NCBI GenBank assembly: GCA_050250895.1
Contig: JBFWNU010000001.1
Coordinates: 3,648,149-3,712,148, forward strand
Reading direction: 5' to 3'
Source of the DNA: Vulcanimicrobiota bacterium
GTDB lineage: Bacteria > Vulcanimicrobiota > Xenobia > Xenobiales > JADMJV01
Length of the DNA stretch: 64,000 nt
Shown here: in pieces, positions 38,046-47,708 of the stretch
Layout of the letters: each line of letters starts with the position of its first letter
How positions within the stretch are numbered: the first letter of the stretch is position 1
The notes under the pieces: model-generated
Database searches by the model: none
Seen by the model: the letters and a program-made list of their open reading frames with translations, nothing else
Told to the model about the DNA's origin: nothing
Translations under genes and position numbers: made by a program

Positions 38046-40127
38046 CTAGCCGAGGAGGCTGGGAGCGGGTCTTTGCCAATGGCGATGTTCAGCCAGGGCC
38101 TCAAGGAACTTGTGGCCGAAGCTCTCGACCTGGTCGGCCCCGGCCGTCACGACCCCGTGCTCGCTGACACACTTTCCTTCGGAGAGTTTGACCGCCAGTC
38201 CGATGGAGATGAGCACCCTTGCGCCTTCGGCCAGCCCACCCAGGGGTTTCTTCTGTTCGTAGGTATCCTTCACGAAGGTCGCGACTTTAGGATTCTGCTC
38301 GAGTTGGCCCCCGGCCAGAATGGTGCCGTCAAAGAGAGAGGGGGCCGCGGTGTGATAGGTGTCGTCGATGGCCAGACCGTGGAAGTGCCCGAAGTGAGGC
38401 CCCACCACCACCGGTTCGGCGCCCTGACTCTGCAGCGCCTGGAACAGTTTCTCCACCTGGCCTTTGTCCACCCCGGCTTCCACCAGGATGGCCACGCGCC
38501 GGGTCGAGACCGTGGCTGCCTTGTTCTTTTCGATGCTGAGGGCATCCGACTTCTGGTCGTGACGTTGGCCGGTGTCGCTCGGCGAGGGAGCGGGGGAGTG
38601 CTCGAGAAATTTCAAGTCGCCGTCAGGCTTGGGCAGCCCCAGTTTGGAGGCGACCCCGTTGGCTAGCTCTTCCGAGACGTGGTAGAGCAGGTTCACCATG
38701 CGCTGGCGTACATTCTCTGACTTGGACATGCCCAGTTCGAAGCTGGCGGCATCGATGATATGTTGTTGTTCGACGCTGGTCTGGGAGTTCCAGAACAGGG
38801 TCGCCTGGCGAAAATGGACCTTGAAGAGGGGGCTGCGGGCTCTTACTTTGTGGGCCTCGATCTTCTCGGCAAAGTGCCGGAAGGCTCCCGCCTCGGCGCC
38901 CGGTGCAAAGGGACAGCCGCCCGCCAGCATGTTCGGCTCATAGGCTACCTGCCCGGGGTTGATGGTCTGACGGCCGTAGCCATCGCGCTGGTTGTTGTTG
39001 ACCGAGGCGCGGGGGCGGTTGATAGGAATCTCGGCGAAGTTGGGTCCGCCCAGGCGGATCAGTTGGGTGTCGGTGTAAGAGAAGAGTCGGCCCTGCAAGA
39101 GAGGGTCGTTGGTGAAGTCAATCCCCGGCACTACGTGGCCAGGATGAAAGGCGATCTGTTCGGTCTCGGCAAAGAAATTGTCGACGTTGCGATTGAGCGT
39201 CATCTTGCCGACGCGCCGCACGGGCACCAGTTCTTCGGGGACGATCTTGGTGGGGTCGAGGATGTCGAAGTCCCACTCGGCCGCCTCTTCTTCCGTGAAG
39301 ATTTGCAGACCGAATTCCCACTCGGGGAAGTCTCCGTTTTCGATGGCCGTCCACAGGTCGCGGTTGAGAAAATCGGCATCCAGCCCGGCGATTTTCTGGG
39401 CTTCTTCCCACACCAACGAGGCCATTCCCAGCACCGGCTTCCAATGGAATTTCACCAGTTTGCTCTCGCCTTTGGCGTTGAGCAGCCGGAAAGTGTGAAT
39501 ACCGAAGCCTTCCATCATCCTCACGCTGCGGGGAATGGCTCGGTCCGAGAACAACCACATCAACATGGCCATCGACTCGGGCATGAGCGAGCAGAAGTCA
39601 TAGAAGGTCTCGTGAGCGCTGGCGGCCTGGGGCATGTTATTGTGAGGCTCGGCTTTGACGGCGTGGATCAGGTCGGGAAACTTGATGGCGTCCTGGATGA
39701 AAAAGATGGGAATGTTGTTGCCGACCAGATCGAAGTTGCCCTCGTCGGTATAGAACTTGGTGGCAAATCCTCGCACGTCGCGGACGGTCTCGGCCGAACC
39801 TTTGTTGCCGGCCACCGTCGAGAAACGAACAAAGACCGGCGTCTGTCGGTCGGGCTCGCACAGAAAGCGAGCGCAGGTAATGTCCTCGAGGCTCTCATAC
39901 ACCTCGAAGACGCCGTGGGCGCCAAAGCCGCGCGCGTGCACGACACGTTCTGGGATGCGCTCGTGGTCGAAATGGGTCATCTTCTCGCGGAAGAAGAAGT
40001 CCTCCATCAGCGATGGTCCGCGCTCGCCCGCCTTGAGCGAGTCCTGGTTCGAGGGCACCTTGATGCCTTGATTGGTGGTCAGATGGTCGTGGTCGGGATT
40101 GCTTTTAAATGGGTCTAATCTACTCAT
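38046..40127 (-). CDS. katE: Large-subunit heme catalase (HPII)
   Basis: FDHERIPERVVHARG, VRFSTV, DLVGNN, RLFSYTDTQ and a C-terminal DJ-1-like domain. Confidence 0.95.
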   Translation of the reverse strand: MSRLDPFKSNPDHDHLTTNQGIKVPSNQDSLKAGERGPSLMEDFFFREKMTHFDHERIPERVVHARGFGAHGVFEVYESLEDITCARFLCEPDRQTPVFVRFSTVAGNKGSAETVRDVRGFATKFYTDEGNFDLVGNNIPIFFIQDAIKFPDLIHAVKAEPHNNMPQAASAHETFYDFCSLMPESMAMLMWLFSDRAIPRSVRMMEGFGIHTFRLLNAKGESKLVKFHWKPVLGMASLVWEEAQKIAGLDADFLNRDLWTAIENGDFPEWEFGLQIFTEEEAAEWDFDILDPTKIVPEELVPVRRVGKMTLNRNVDNFFAETEQIAFHPGHVVPGIDFTNDPLLQGRLFSYTDTQLIRLGGPNFAEIPINRPRASVNNNQRDGYGRQTINPGQVAYEPNMLAGGCPFAPGAEAGAFRHFAEKIEAHKVRARSPLFKVHFRQATLFWNSQTSVEQQHIIDAASFELGMSKSENVRQRMVNLLYHVSEELANGVASKLGLPKPDGDLKFLEHSPAPSPSDTGQRHDQKSDALSIEKNKAATVSTRRVAILVEAGVDKGQVEKLFQALQSQGAEPVVVGPHFGHFHGLAIDDTYHTAAPSLFDGTILAGGQLEQNPKVATFVKDTYEQKKPLGGLAEGARVLISIGLAVKLSEGKCVSEHGVVTAGADQVESFGHKFLEALAEHRHWQRPAPSLLG

Positions 40128-40246
40128 AGTTATTCCTCCGATTCTCAGCTTGGGTAGCTGAAGGTCCCCCGGACGAATCGGATAGGGGGACCGCGAAACT
40201 CAACTCGTGGCCGTCCGGGTAAGGGCGGACAGACCGCAAAGGCGGG

Positions 40247-41341
40247 TCATGGGGCATCCCTCTCGGCCACCGTCAAAGTGACGGTCTTGCTTTCGCCATC
40301 CCGATAACGGGTGACCTCGAAGCGAGAACCCACTTCGGCCGCAGTGGCTGCATCCACCAGCTGGCGGGGGGTCTCGATGGCCTTCCCTTCGGCTTCGGTG
40401 AGCACATCGCCGGCCTGCAGCCCTGCCGCGGCCGCGGGACCCTCGGGCAAGACAGCCGCCAGCACCACTCCGTCGAGGTCGGGCGGAAGCTGCAACGCCT
40501 GTCTGAGACGGGGCGTGAGGGGTTGCACCGAAACGCCGATAAAGCCGCGCACCACATGGCCTTCGCGCCGTAGACTCTCGGCGATTTCGGCGGCCAGGCT
40601 AGAAGGGACGGCAAAACCGATGCCCTGGCCAGCGGCCAGAATGGCGGTGTTGATGCCGATCACCTGGCCGTGGGCATTGAAGAGGGGGCCTCCACTGTTG
40701 CCGGGATTGATGGAGGCGTCGGTCTGGAGAAAATCGTCAAAGGGGCCGGCTCCGATGACCCGGCCCTTGCCGCTGATCACCCCCACGGTAACGGTCTCTT
40801 CGAGACCGAACGGGTTGCCGATCGCCATCACCCATTCCCCCACCCGCGTCTGCTCGGAATCGCCGAGAGGCGCTGCCGGCAGCTGTTCGTCAGATTCAAT
40901 CTGGATCAGCGCCAAGTCGGTGCTCGGGTCCGTGCCTTCCACCCGGGCGTCCCACTCGCGGCCGTCGTGCGTGGTCACCCTGACTCGCTTGGCCTCGGAG
41001 ACGACATGGTTGTTGGTCAGAATCCAACCCTCGGGGTCGATGATGACACCGCTGCCCTGGCCGGGAAGCAAGCGCTCTGAGCGACCGGGTAGGCGAAAGG
41101 GAAAGTCTGACCGCGTGGGCGCGGACTTGAGCACGGCGATGTTGACCACCGTGGGGGCCACCTGCTGAGCCAATTCTGAGAAGTCGGGTCCCTGAAAGGA
41201 TACCAGCGGGGCAGCCCCGGCCGGGGACGGCTGAACGCGAAAGGCTCGTTGATTCACCCGCGGGTCGGGGTCAGGGCGAGGATGGCACCCGGTCAACACC
41301 AGGCATAGACAGAAAAGCGATACGAGGCGGGCAAACAGCAT
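40247..41341 (-). CDS. HtrA/DegP-family serine protease with one PDZ domain, lipoprotein
   Basis: Lipobox LTGC; TNNHV, DLAL and INPGNSGGP triad motifs; PDZ domain. Confidence 0.92.
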   Translation of the reverse strand: MLFARLVSLFCLCLVLTGCHPRPDPDPRVNQRAFRVQPSPAGAAPLVSFQGPDFSELAQQVAPTVVNIAVLKSAPTRSDFPFRLPGRSERLLPGQGSGVIIDPEGWILTNNHVVSEAKRVRVTTHDGREWDARVEGTDPSTDLALIQIESDEQLPAAPLGDSEQTRVGEWVMAIGNPFGLEETVTVGVISGKGRVIGAGPFDDFLQTDASINPGNSGGPLFNAHGQVIGINTAILAAGQGIGFAVPSSLAAEIAESLRREGHVVRGFIGVSVQPLTPRLRQALQLPPDLDGVVLAAVLPEGPAAAAGLQAGDVLTEAEGKAIETPRQLVDAATAAEVGSRFEVTRYRDGESKTVTLTVAERDAP

Positions 41342-41499
41342 GTCATGACAATAGCCCCGGCCGGGCTGACTCACTACCGCCACCCGGGTCACGGCTGGGC
41401 ATCCTCACGTGCCTCTTCTTTGGGGGTGGGGTCCTCTATCTGGAACGATGTTCGGCCGAGGCCGGCGAGCTGCTAGGATCGACCCACGAAGGAGAAATC

Positions 41500-41844
41500 A
41501 TGCCAGACACCACAATCAAGAAGATCAATTCCAACTTTTCACCCCAGGGCGCCATGGGCCAGATTTACCTGGCCACGGGCACGCGCATCGGTATGCGACT
41601 GTGGCGCAACGAAGAAGCCGGCGAGGGCAAAGCGGCCGGGCGGCGAGACTACGAGACGGTGGGGTATGTCATCTCGGGTAAGGCTCGCCTGGAACTCGAG
41701 GGGCAGACTGTCATACTCGAGCCAGGCGATTCGTGGGTCGTGCCGGCCGGAGCCAACCATCGCTACGAGGTGCTCGAACAATTCACGGCCGTTGAAGCGA
41801 CCAGTCCGCCGGCCCACATCCATGACCGGGACAACCCCGCCTAG
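41500..41844 (+). CDS. Cupin domain protein
   Basis: RDYETVGYVISG and PGDSWVVPAGANHRY; AAGGAG RBS. Confidence 0.85.
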   Translation: MPDTTIKKINSNFSPQGAMGQIYLATGTRIGMRLWRNEEAGEGKAAGRRDYETVGYVISGKARLELEGQTVILEPGDSWVVPAGANHRYEVLEQFTAVEATSPPAHIHDRDNPA

Positions 41845-41845
41845 T

Positions 41846-42316
41846 CTAGTCGCTGCCAAGATCACGGAAGTTCATCCATTGCCCGGCCTCCACCCCAGCG
41901 CGAGTCTGGGAGTTCCACTCGGCCTGAAAGGTGCGGCGGGCCAGCGGACGGTCGCGGGGACCGACGGCGCCGGTCGAGGTTACTCGCACCAGGTCATAGG
42001 GTGAGCCTCCATAGAGCACATCCACCGTGACCAGGTAGTAACCGGCTGGCTGACCGTCGAGGTCGGTCAGCTCTTCACTGAAGGTGAAACTCGGTTGTTC
42101 CTCGGCCCCGGCCGGGGGAAAAGAGTGGTCTCGATTGAGCTTGACCCGGGCATCCTCCAGTCCTGCGTAGGCCAGAGCCTCGGCCTGGACCGCCGCGCGC
42201 GACGAGGCCGAAGCCCGATAGCGACTCACCCGGCTGCTCAGAAAGCCAAGCCCCAGCGCAAAGAGGATGCCGAGCAACAGCAAGACCATAATGAGTAGCG
42301 AACCGCGTCTCCTCAC
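41846..42316 (-). CDS. PilX-like minor pilin
   Basis: RRRG|SLLIMVLLL type III signal lacking Glu+5, A..LAYAGLE, and VTSTG. GTG start overlaps the upstream stop. Confidence 0.7.
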   Translation of the reverse strand: MRRRGSLLIMVLLLLGILFALGLGFLSSRVSRYRASASSRAAVQAEALAYAGLEDARVKLNRDHSFPPAGAEEQPSFTFSEELTDLDGQPAGYYLVTVDVLYGGSPYDLVRVTSTGAVGPRDRPLARRTFQAEWNSQTRAGVEAGQWMNFRDLGSD

Positions 42317-43080
42317 GGGCTGAGCAAGATGGGGCCGACGACCACATCCTTCTCCTCTCCACCATAGACCGCTCGCACGTGTACCAGGCAAGTGCCAGGA
42401 GCGCTCAGAGCGGCTCCGGTGGGACTCAGGACCTGGTGGGTGAAGCGCGCCGTAGAACCGTCACGCCGGGTCGGGAGGATCGTCCCGTTACCCGTTTGCG
42501 GTTCGACGTACCATTGATAGACCAGGCCCGGAATGGGTGTGTTGCCGGCTCGCAGCCCCTGAACGGAAAAATCGACGCTGGTGCCGGGGGAGAGAGGCCC
42601 CGCCGAGTTGGGTGTTACCGAAAGAGCCGGGCTGCCCCACAGACGCCGGGGGGCCCCCACCAGGGTGGTCAGACGCAGGTTTTGATCATCCCAACTGACA
42701 GTGACTTCGACGCGCTGAGCCAGGTCGTTGCCGTAGACCGGATCGGTTTGCTCGGACTCGAAGAGCGAACAGGGAGAGTAGAGTCGATGACCCAGGGAGC
42801 GAATGCGCACCTGGTATTCGGGAAAGGCCGGATCGGTGACGGTGACGTCGGCGTAGGGCGACCAGTCATCATAGTTGAAGCCGCCGCCGGCCGGAGCGTT
42901 GGCCCAGCCCCGCAACTGCTCGACCCGGTTGCGCGCCAGATTGGCCGCGATGGCCTGGGCTTTGACCCGAGTGGTCTGGCGCAGACCAGCGTGAAAGAGG
43001 GTAATGAGGACCAGCATGGCGGCCACCAGGATGAACATGGCCACCACCGTCTCGGCCACGCTCAACCCGCGCCGGGTCAT
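42313..43080 (-). CDS. PilV-like minor pilin with prepilin N-terminus
   Basis: MTRRG|LSVAETVVAM cleavage/methylation motif and VEVTVSW. Confidence 0.75.
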   Translation of the reverse strand: MTRRGLSVAETVVAMFILVAAMLVLITLFHAGLRQTTRVKAQAIAANLARNRVEQLRGWANAPAGGGFNYDDWSPYADVTVTDPAFPEYQVRIRSLGHRLYSPCSLFESEQTDPVYGNDLAQRVEVTVSWDDQNLRLTTLVGAPRRLWGSPALSVTPNSAGPLSPGTSVDFSVQGLRAGNTPIPGLVYQWYVEPQTGNGTILPTRRDGSTARFTHQVLSPTGAALSAPGTCLVHVRAVYGGEEKDVVVGPILLSP

Positions 43081-44975
43081 CGCGACCATGAGGCTTTGTT
43101 GAGCACGCCCGGGATCAGCAGTCGCATGTTGCTCCCGCTCACATCAATGGCGTACTCGCCGGTGTCTCCGTAGTCTCGAAAAGCAAGCTGGGTCCCGTCG
43201 GGCGACCAGATCGGGTCGTCGGGTAGCAGCGGCAGGCTGAGATCGTTGGAAGCCAGGACGGCCCGCGAGCTAAGGTCGACATCCAGGTAGCTGAGCGTGG
43301 GTCCGCCGGCGGAATCGCACACCAGCCGCGCTGGCGAGGTGGCGGTTGGGTGCCAGTCGGGGTCGTCGACTCCGGTTTTTAGGGTGGTAAAGCCGGTGCC
43401 GTCGATGCGCACGGCGTAGACGTTCTGGGTGTGACCGAAGGCTAGAGTCTGGCCGTCGGGGGCGCAACTGATTTTGTTGTCGATGTCGCCGGCGGCTACC
43501 GGGCCATAGATGGCACCGTCGGTAGTTCCGTCAAACGAGCGCCAGCAGAGCATCTTGGTCCCCCCCGTTTCGTGCCAGTAGGCAAAGCCGGCGCCGGTGG
43601 GTGAAAAGCAGGGGCCCATCTCGCAGCCCGGCAGGTTCGTCAGCTGTTTGAGCCCCGAACCGTCGAGGTTCATTCGATAGATGTTACAGGTGCCACCGTT
43701 GCGGTCCGAGACGAACAAGATCGTGCTGCCGTCGGGAGATAACCGGGGCTGGTAGTCGTAGGCCGGGTGTTGGGTCAGGTTGACGCGACCTTGCCCATCA
43801 GCGTCGGCTCGGTAGATCTCGCCATTGGCTTCATAGACCAGCTTCTCTTCAGGCACCACCGTCAGGGTCACCAGAGCCGAGCCGCTGGCGGTAGTGGTTT
43901 GATGAGCACGATCGCTGACCGTGGCCTCGAGTTCAAATACATCGCCAGGTGAGGACGAGGCCGGCGGCTTCCATTCGCCCTGACCGACCCATTGGCCCAG
44001 GCTAGCATCGTAGTGCATACGGGTCTGGCCATCGGCCGAAAAGACGCCGACGGTGGTGGCCGCGCCGGCCGTCTGGCGGGCCTGCCAACTGCAGAATAGC
44101 TCTTCGCCCGCATCGTCATCGGTGGCATAGATACGCACGCTAAGGTGAGCGTTCTTACGCACCAGCGTGTCGATGCCGGGGGGGGTGGAGCCAGGGGGGG
44201 GAAGGGGGCTGGCCCCAACCTCGGCGATGACGGGCGCATTGGTGCCGGCGCTCGTGATGGGAGGAGGGGAGGGGCTCGAGGACACGACCAGAGGACTCTC
44301 TGTCTGCTGTACTCCGGTGGCGGAGAGGATGCCCGAGCGGCTGCTGATCGCTCCGCCGGGCTCGATGGTGATGGTGAAGGGGCGGCTGGCCGCGGTCAGG
44401 GCGGCGTAGGCCGGGGTGGTGCTGACCGGTGCCGTGCCGCCGGGCGCGGCGCTGACCCCATAGCTCACACCGCTGGCCACCACCAGGTGCCAGGCCCCGT
44501 CGAATAGGACCAGGCCGTTGCTGACCACGCTGCCAGCGGGAGTAAAGACCAGGGTGGGGTCGGTGGGTCGGGGGGCGTTCCAGCCATCGAGGTCGAGTGC
44601 GGGCGTCTCGGGAGGGTCGACGGTGTTGGTGGCGGGGGCCGTCAGCGGCCAGTGACCGAGGTACACGCACACCTGGCGGTCGTCAGAGAGGCGTGCCTGG
44701 CGGGTGACGGCCGGACGCGTTTCACCCAACAGTTGGTAGCACCACTGGCTGTGCGCCTCGCCAGGATTGACCGGAAAGGCAATCGCCACCGGCCGCTGCT
44801 CGGCGATGGCTCGCTCTCGGGCCGCAATCAATTCGGCCACCAGCGCCTCGGTGGCTGCCCGGCTGCCGGCGCTGGTCCGGTTGCCCCGCAAGTTGACCGC
44901 GCCATAGGCGAACAACAGAGTGAGTAAGAGCAAGGCCACCAAGAGTTCGGCGATGGTCACTCCGCGGCGCTTCAT
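43077..44975 (-). CDS. FimT/GspH-like pilin fused to an Ig-like domain and PD40 beta-propeller
   Basis: MKRRG|VTIAELLV, ARERAIAE, NAPVI, and PRLSPDG/PCFSPTG/PIWSPDG blades. Confidence 0.75.
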   Translation of the reverse strand: MKRRGVTIAELLVALLLLTLLFAYGAVNLRGNRTSAGSRAATEALVAELIAARERAIAEQRPVAIAFPVNPGEAHSQWCYQLLGETRPAVTRQARLSDDRQVCVYLGHWPLTAPATNTVDPPETPALDLDGWNAPRPTDPTLVFTPAGSVVSNGLVLFDGAWHLVVASGVSYGVSAAPGGTAPVSTTPAYAALTAASRPFTITIEPGGAISSRSGILSATGVQQTESPLVVSSSPSPPPITSAGTNAPVIAEVGASPLPPPGSTPPGIDTLVRKNAHLSVRIYATDDDAGEELFCSWQARQTAGAATTVGVFSADGQTRMHYDASLGQWVGQGEWKPPASSSPGDVFELEATVSDRAHQTTTASGSALVTLTVVPEEKLVYEANGEIYRADADGQGRVNLTQHPAYDYQPRLSPDGSTILFVSDRNGGTCNIYRMNLDGSGLKQLTNLPGCEMGPCFSPTGAGFAYWHETGGTKMLCWRSFDGTTDGAIYGPVAAGDIDNKISCAPDGQTLAFGHTQNVYAVRIDGTGFTTLKTGVDDPDWHPTATSPARLVCDSAGGPTLSYLDVDLSSRAVLASNDLSLPLLPDDPIWSPDGTQLAFRDYGDTGEYAIDVSGSNMRLLIPGVLNKASWSR

Positions 44976-45520
44976 GGAGCCACCACCCGGTTGACGGTTT
45001 GGTCGAGGGTGCGCAAGTTGCCGTTGACGCGCACCGAGATTTGAAAGGCCAGCACTCTATCCGGGCTTTGCCACCGGCAAGAGAAGCCCTCTACGCCCTG
45101 GAGTAATACCTCTTCGCGAGTCACTCCGGCGGTCGTGTCGCGGCGGACCAAACCACGGGCATCGCTGAGAAAGGTCACTCGGCTGCGCCAATTTGCCTGA
45201 TAAGGACTCCAACTGCTGCCGGGGGGCAGAGGCGGCAGGGCCAGGCGGGGCGGACTCGAGGGAATCTGGTCAAGAGTGAGCACAGCGGTGGCGGCGCTGC
45301 TACCGGGCGCTGGCGAGACGACCTCGATCGCCTGCCGGAAGCCACATCGCACCCGTTCCGCCCCGAGGGTGAGGGCCTCCACCAGGGTGTCCTGGGCACC
45401 CACGGAACGACTCAACCGGGCATATTCAGAGGCGATGCCGGCCACCACGGCCAGAACGACGCCCACCAGCAAAAGAGAGATGATGGCCTCGATGAGAGAA
45501 AAACCCCGCACTCCACCCAT
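44972..45520 (-). CDS. PilW/PulJ-like minor pilin
   Basis: RG|FSLIEAIISL prepilin motif. Confidence 0.75.
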   Translation of the reverse strand: MGGVRGFSLIEAIISLLLVGVVLAVVAGIASEYARLSRSVGAQDTLVEALTLGAERVRCGFRQAIEVVSPAPGSSAATAVLTLDQIPSSPPRLALPPLPPGSSWSPYQANWRSRVTFLSDARGLVRRDTTAGVTREEVLLQGVEGFSCRWQSPDRVLAFQISVRVNGNLRTLDQTVNRVVAP

Positions 45521-45631
45521 TCTTCTATCTTAGCAAAAAGTTGTCCGGCTTCCCCCCTGGGGTTCGGTTTGGGATACAGTTTCTATACATTTGCCGGCAT
45601 GTTTTGTGCAATCGTAACTCAGCATGGGACT

Positions 45632-46321
45632 ATGTCGTATCAGGCCCCGACAACGACAGGGCGCGTCCTGGTGGTTGAGGATGACCCCGACTTGAGCGAT
45701 TTTCTGTCGTCCTATCTGGGCGGTCACGGCTTCGAAGTGGTGCTTGCCGCGGACGGGTTTCAAGCTCTTGAATTGGCTGGCGGGGGGGTGGACCTGATTC
45801 TGCTCGATCTCAATCTGCCGGGGCCCGACGGCTTCGAGGTGATTCGCCGCGTGCGCGAATACTCGCCGGTTCCGATCATGATCGTGTCGGCTCGCAGCGA
45901 GGGCCCGGACCGGGTGACTGGACTCGAATTGGGGGCCGACGATTATCTGGTCAAGCCCTTTCTTCCCCGGGAGCTCCTGGCCCGGGCCCGAGCTCTGTTG
46001 CGACGGGCCCGGCTGCCGGCGACTCGTCGCACCCTCGACCCTCTGCTGGTCGAGCCCGAGGCGCGGCGGGTGTTGCTCGAGGGCCAACAGATCGATCTGA
46101 CCCCCCTCGAGTATTCCCTCCTGCGCGTCCTGGCTCTGGCTCCGGGCAAGAGCTTTTCGCGCGAGGAGCTACTTGAAGAGGTGTGGGGGCCGGGGGAGGC
46201 GACGGGAGACGTGCGCCGGGTCGATCTCTATATCAGTAAGCTGCGTTGCAAGCTGAGCCGCCCTGGCAAGCCGGCCCCCATCCAGTCCGTGTGGGGGGTC
46301 GGCTACCGATTCGAAGCCTGA
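45632..46321 (+). CDS. OmpR-family response regulator
   Basis: VVEDD, LLDLNLP, GADDYLVKPF, LTPLEY.LL and VWGVGYRF. Confidence 0.93.
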   Translation: MSYQAPTTTGRVLVVEDDPDLSDFLSSYLGGHGFEVVLAADGFQALELAGGGVDLILLDLNLPGPDGFEVIRRVREYSPVPIMIVSARSEGPDRVTGLELGADDYLVKPFLPRELLARARALLRRARLPATRRTLDPLLVEPEARRVLLEGQQIDLTPLEYSLLRVLALAPGKSFSREELLEEVWGPGEATGDVRRVDLYISKLRCKLSRPGKPAPIQSVWGVGYRFEA

Positions 46322-47688
46322 GCCCGGGCATCGCGACCACCTTCGCTTTGATGAGCCTGTCGCAGGCGGCTCTGTTCGTCTTGCTCTCGGCCTGGCTTTT
46401 CGAGGTCACCTACGGGCGCATCGAGCCCGGCCAGTGGCCCCGGCTGGTGGGGGCGCAAGTGCGCAATCTCGAAGCCGGCGCCCCGGTGGAAGAACTCCGC
46501 TGGCCGGCGGATTGCGATGTGGTGCTCTATGAGGAGGCCGGCTCCACGGTTGTTCACGGTCGGTGGTTTGCCCCCGACCCACGAGCCCTTGACCTGGCTC
46601 TCCACGGCGGGCGCAGCCATACGGTGTGGCCGGACCGGGTCGAGGCCTGGTGCCCCGTCCGTGATGCCCAGGGACGGACCGTAGGAGCCCTGGTGGCCTC
46701 CCTGCCCATCAGCGGTCACGGGATGGGCGGGATGCCTCCAGGGCGTCGAGCCCGAAAACGAGCCTCGGCCCTGGCCCTGATCGCCTGCCTGTTGTTGAGT
46801 TTCCCCATCTCGAGACTGCTGACCGCCCCGGTCTTGCGGTTGGTCAGAGCCATCGAGCGTCTGGATCTAGCCCGACTGGAAGAACGCGTTCCGGAAACAG
46901 GACCCCAGGAGTTGGTGGCGCTGGCCCGGGGCTTTAATCAGATGGCCGACCGACTAAAAGAGTCGGCCGAGAATCTGCACAGCGAAAAGGTGCGGGCCGA
47001 GCGACTCGAAGCCTCTCGTCGCGAGTTTTTGGCCGATGTCAGCCACAATCTGGGCACCCCGCTGGCGGCCATCCAGGGCTGGGCCAGTTCGGTGGCTGAC
47101 GGTTTGGTCAAAGACCCGGACGAAGCCCGCCGCCAGGTGCAAAGGATTCAACGGGAAGTCAGTTTCGTCTCGAGGATGGTCCGCCAATTGCTCGACCTGT
47201 GCCGCTGGGAGAGCGGAGCCCCCGAACTTCATCTGCAACGTTTTCGAGCCGTGGAACCCCTCATGGAGGCGGCCGAATCGCTGCAAGGTCCGGCTGAACT
47301 CCAGGATGTGAGTTTGCGGCTCGATGCCATCAATCCCCGCCTGATGGTTTGGGCCGACCGCAGCCGCACCCGCGAACTGTTCCAGATCTTTCTCGAGAAC
47401 TGCGTCAAACACGCCGGGCCCAGCGCCACCATCGTGGTCTCGATGCGTCCCGAGGGGGAACGGCTGAAAATTCGCGTGGAAGACGACGGCCTGGGTATTC
47501 CCAGCAGTTGCCTGGAGCGGGTGAAGGAACGCTACAGCACCCGTAGCGGACGCGGCTCGGGCCTGGGTTTGGCCATTGCCGACCGACTGGTGCAGGGTCA
47601 TGGGGGGCGTCTCGAACTGAGCAGTCCTCCGGGAGGCGGAACCGTCATCGAGTTCAGTCTTCCATTGGCCAGGGAGGTCGACCCCTGA
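46291..47688 (+). CDS. HAMP-domain sensor histidine kinase
   Basis: Two TMs, HAMP, H-box SHNLGTPL, N-box ENCVKH, DDGLGI and GSGLGL. Start uncertain (GTG 46291 or ATG 46351). Confidence 0.87.
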   Translation: MGGRLPIRSLSPGIATTFALMSLSQAALFVLLSAWLFEVTYGRIEPGQWPRLVGAQVRNLEAGAPVEELRWPADCDVVLYEEAGSTVVHGRWFAPDPRALDLALHGGRSHTVWPDRVEAWCPVRDAQGRTVGALVASLPISGHGMGGMPPGRRARKRASALALIACLLLSFPISRLLTAPVLRLVRAIERLDLARLEERVPETGPQELVALARGFNQMADRLKESAENLHSEKVRAERLEASRREFLADVSHNLGTPLAAIQGWASSVADGLVKDPDEARRQVQRIQREVSFVSRMVRQLLDLCRWESGAPELHLQRFRAVEPLMEAAESLQGPAELQDVSLRLDAINPRLMVWADRSRTRELFQIFLENCVKHAGPSATIVVSMRPEGERLKIRVEDDGLGIPSSCLERVKERYSTRSGRGSGLGLAIADRLVQGHGGRLELSSPPGGGTVIEFSLPLAREVDP

Positions 47689-47708
47689 CCGGCGGCCAAG
47701 CTAGCCTG

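Noticed and set aside
38760-40118. 452-aa ORF antisense to katE, and similar antisense ORFs (1-1044, 10465-11946, 29380-30543, 62563-63699)
   Set aside because: Shadow ORFs of well-supported genes, caused by GC-rich codon bias, with no motifs.
40163-40192. Hairpin GGTCCCCC/GGGGGACC between the HtrA gene and katE as a regulatory element
   Set aside because: Long loop and no clear U-tract, so terminator, leader structure and chance cannot be distinguished.
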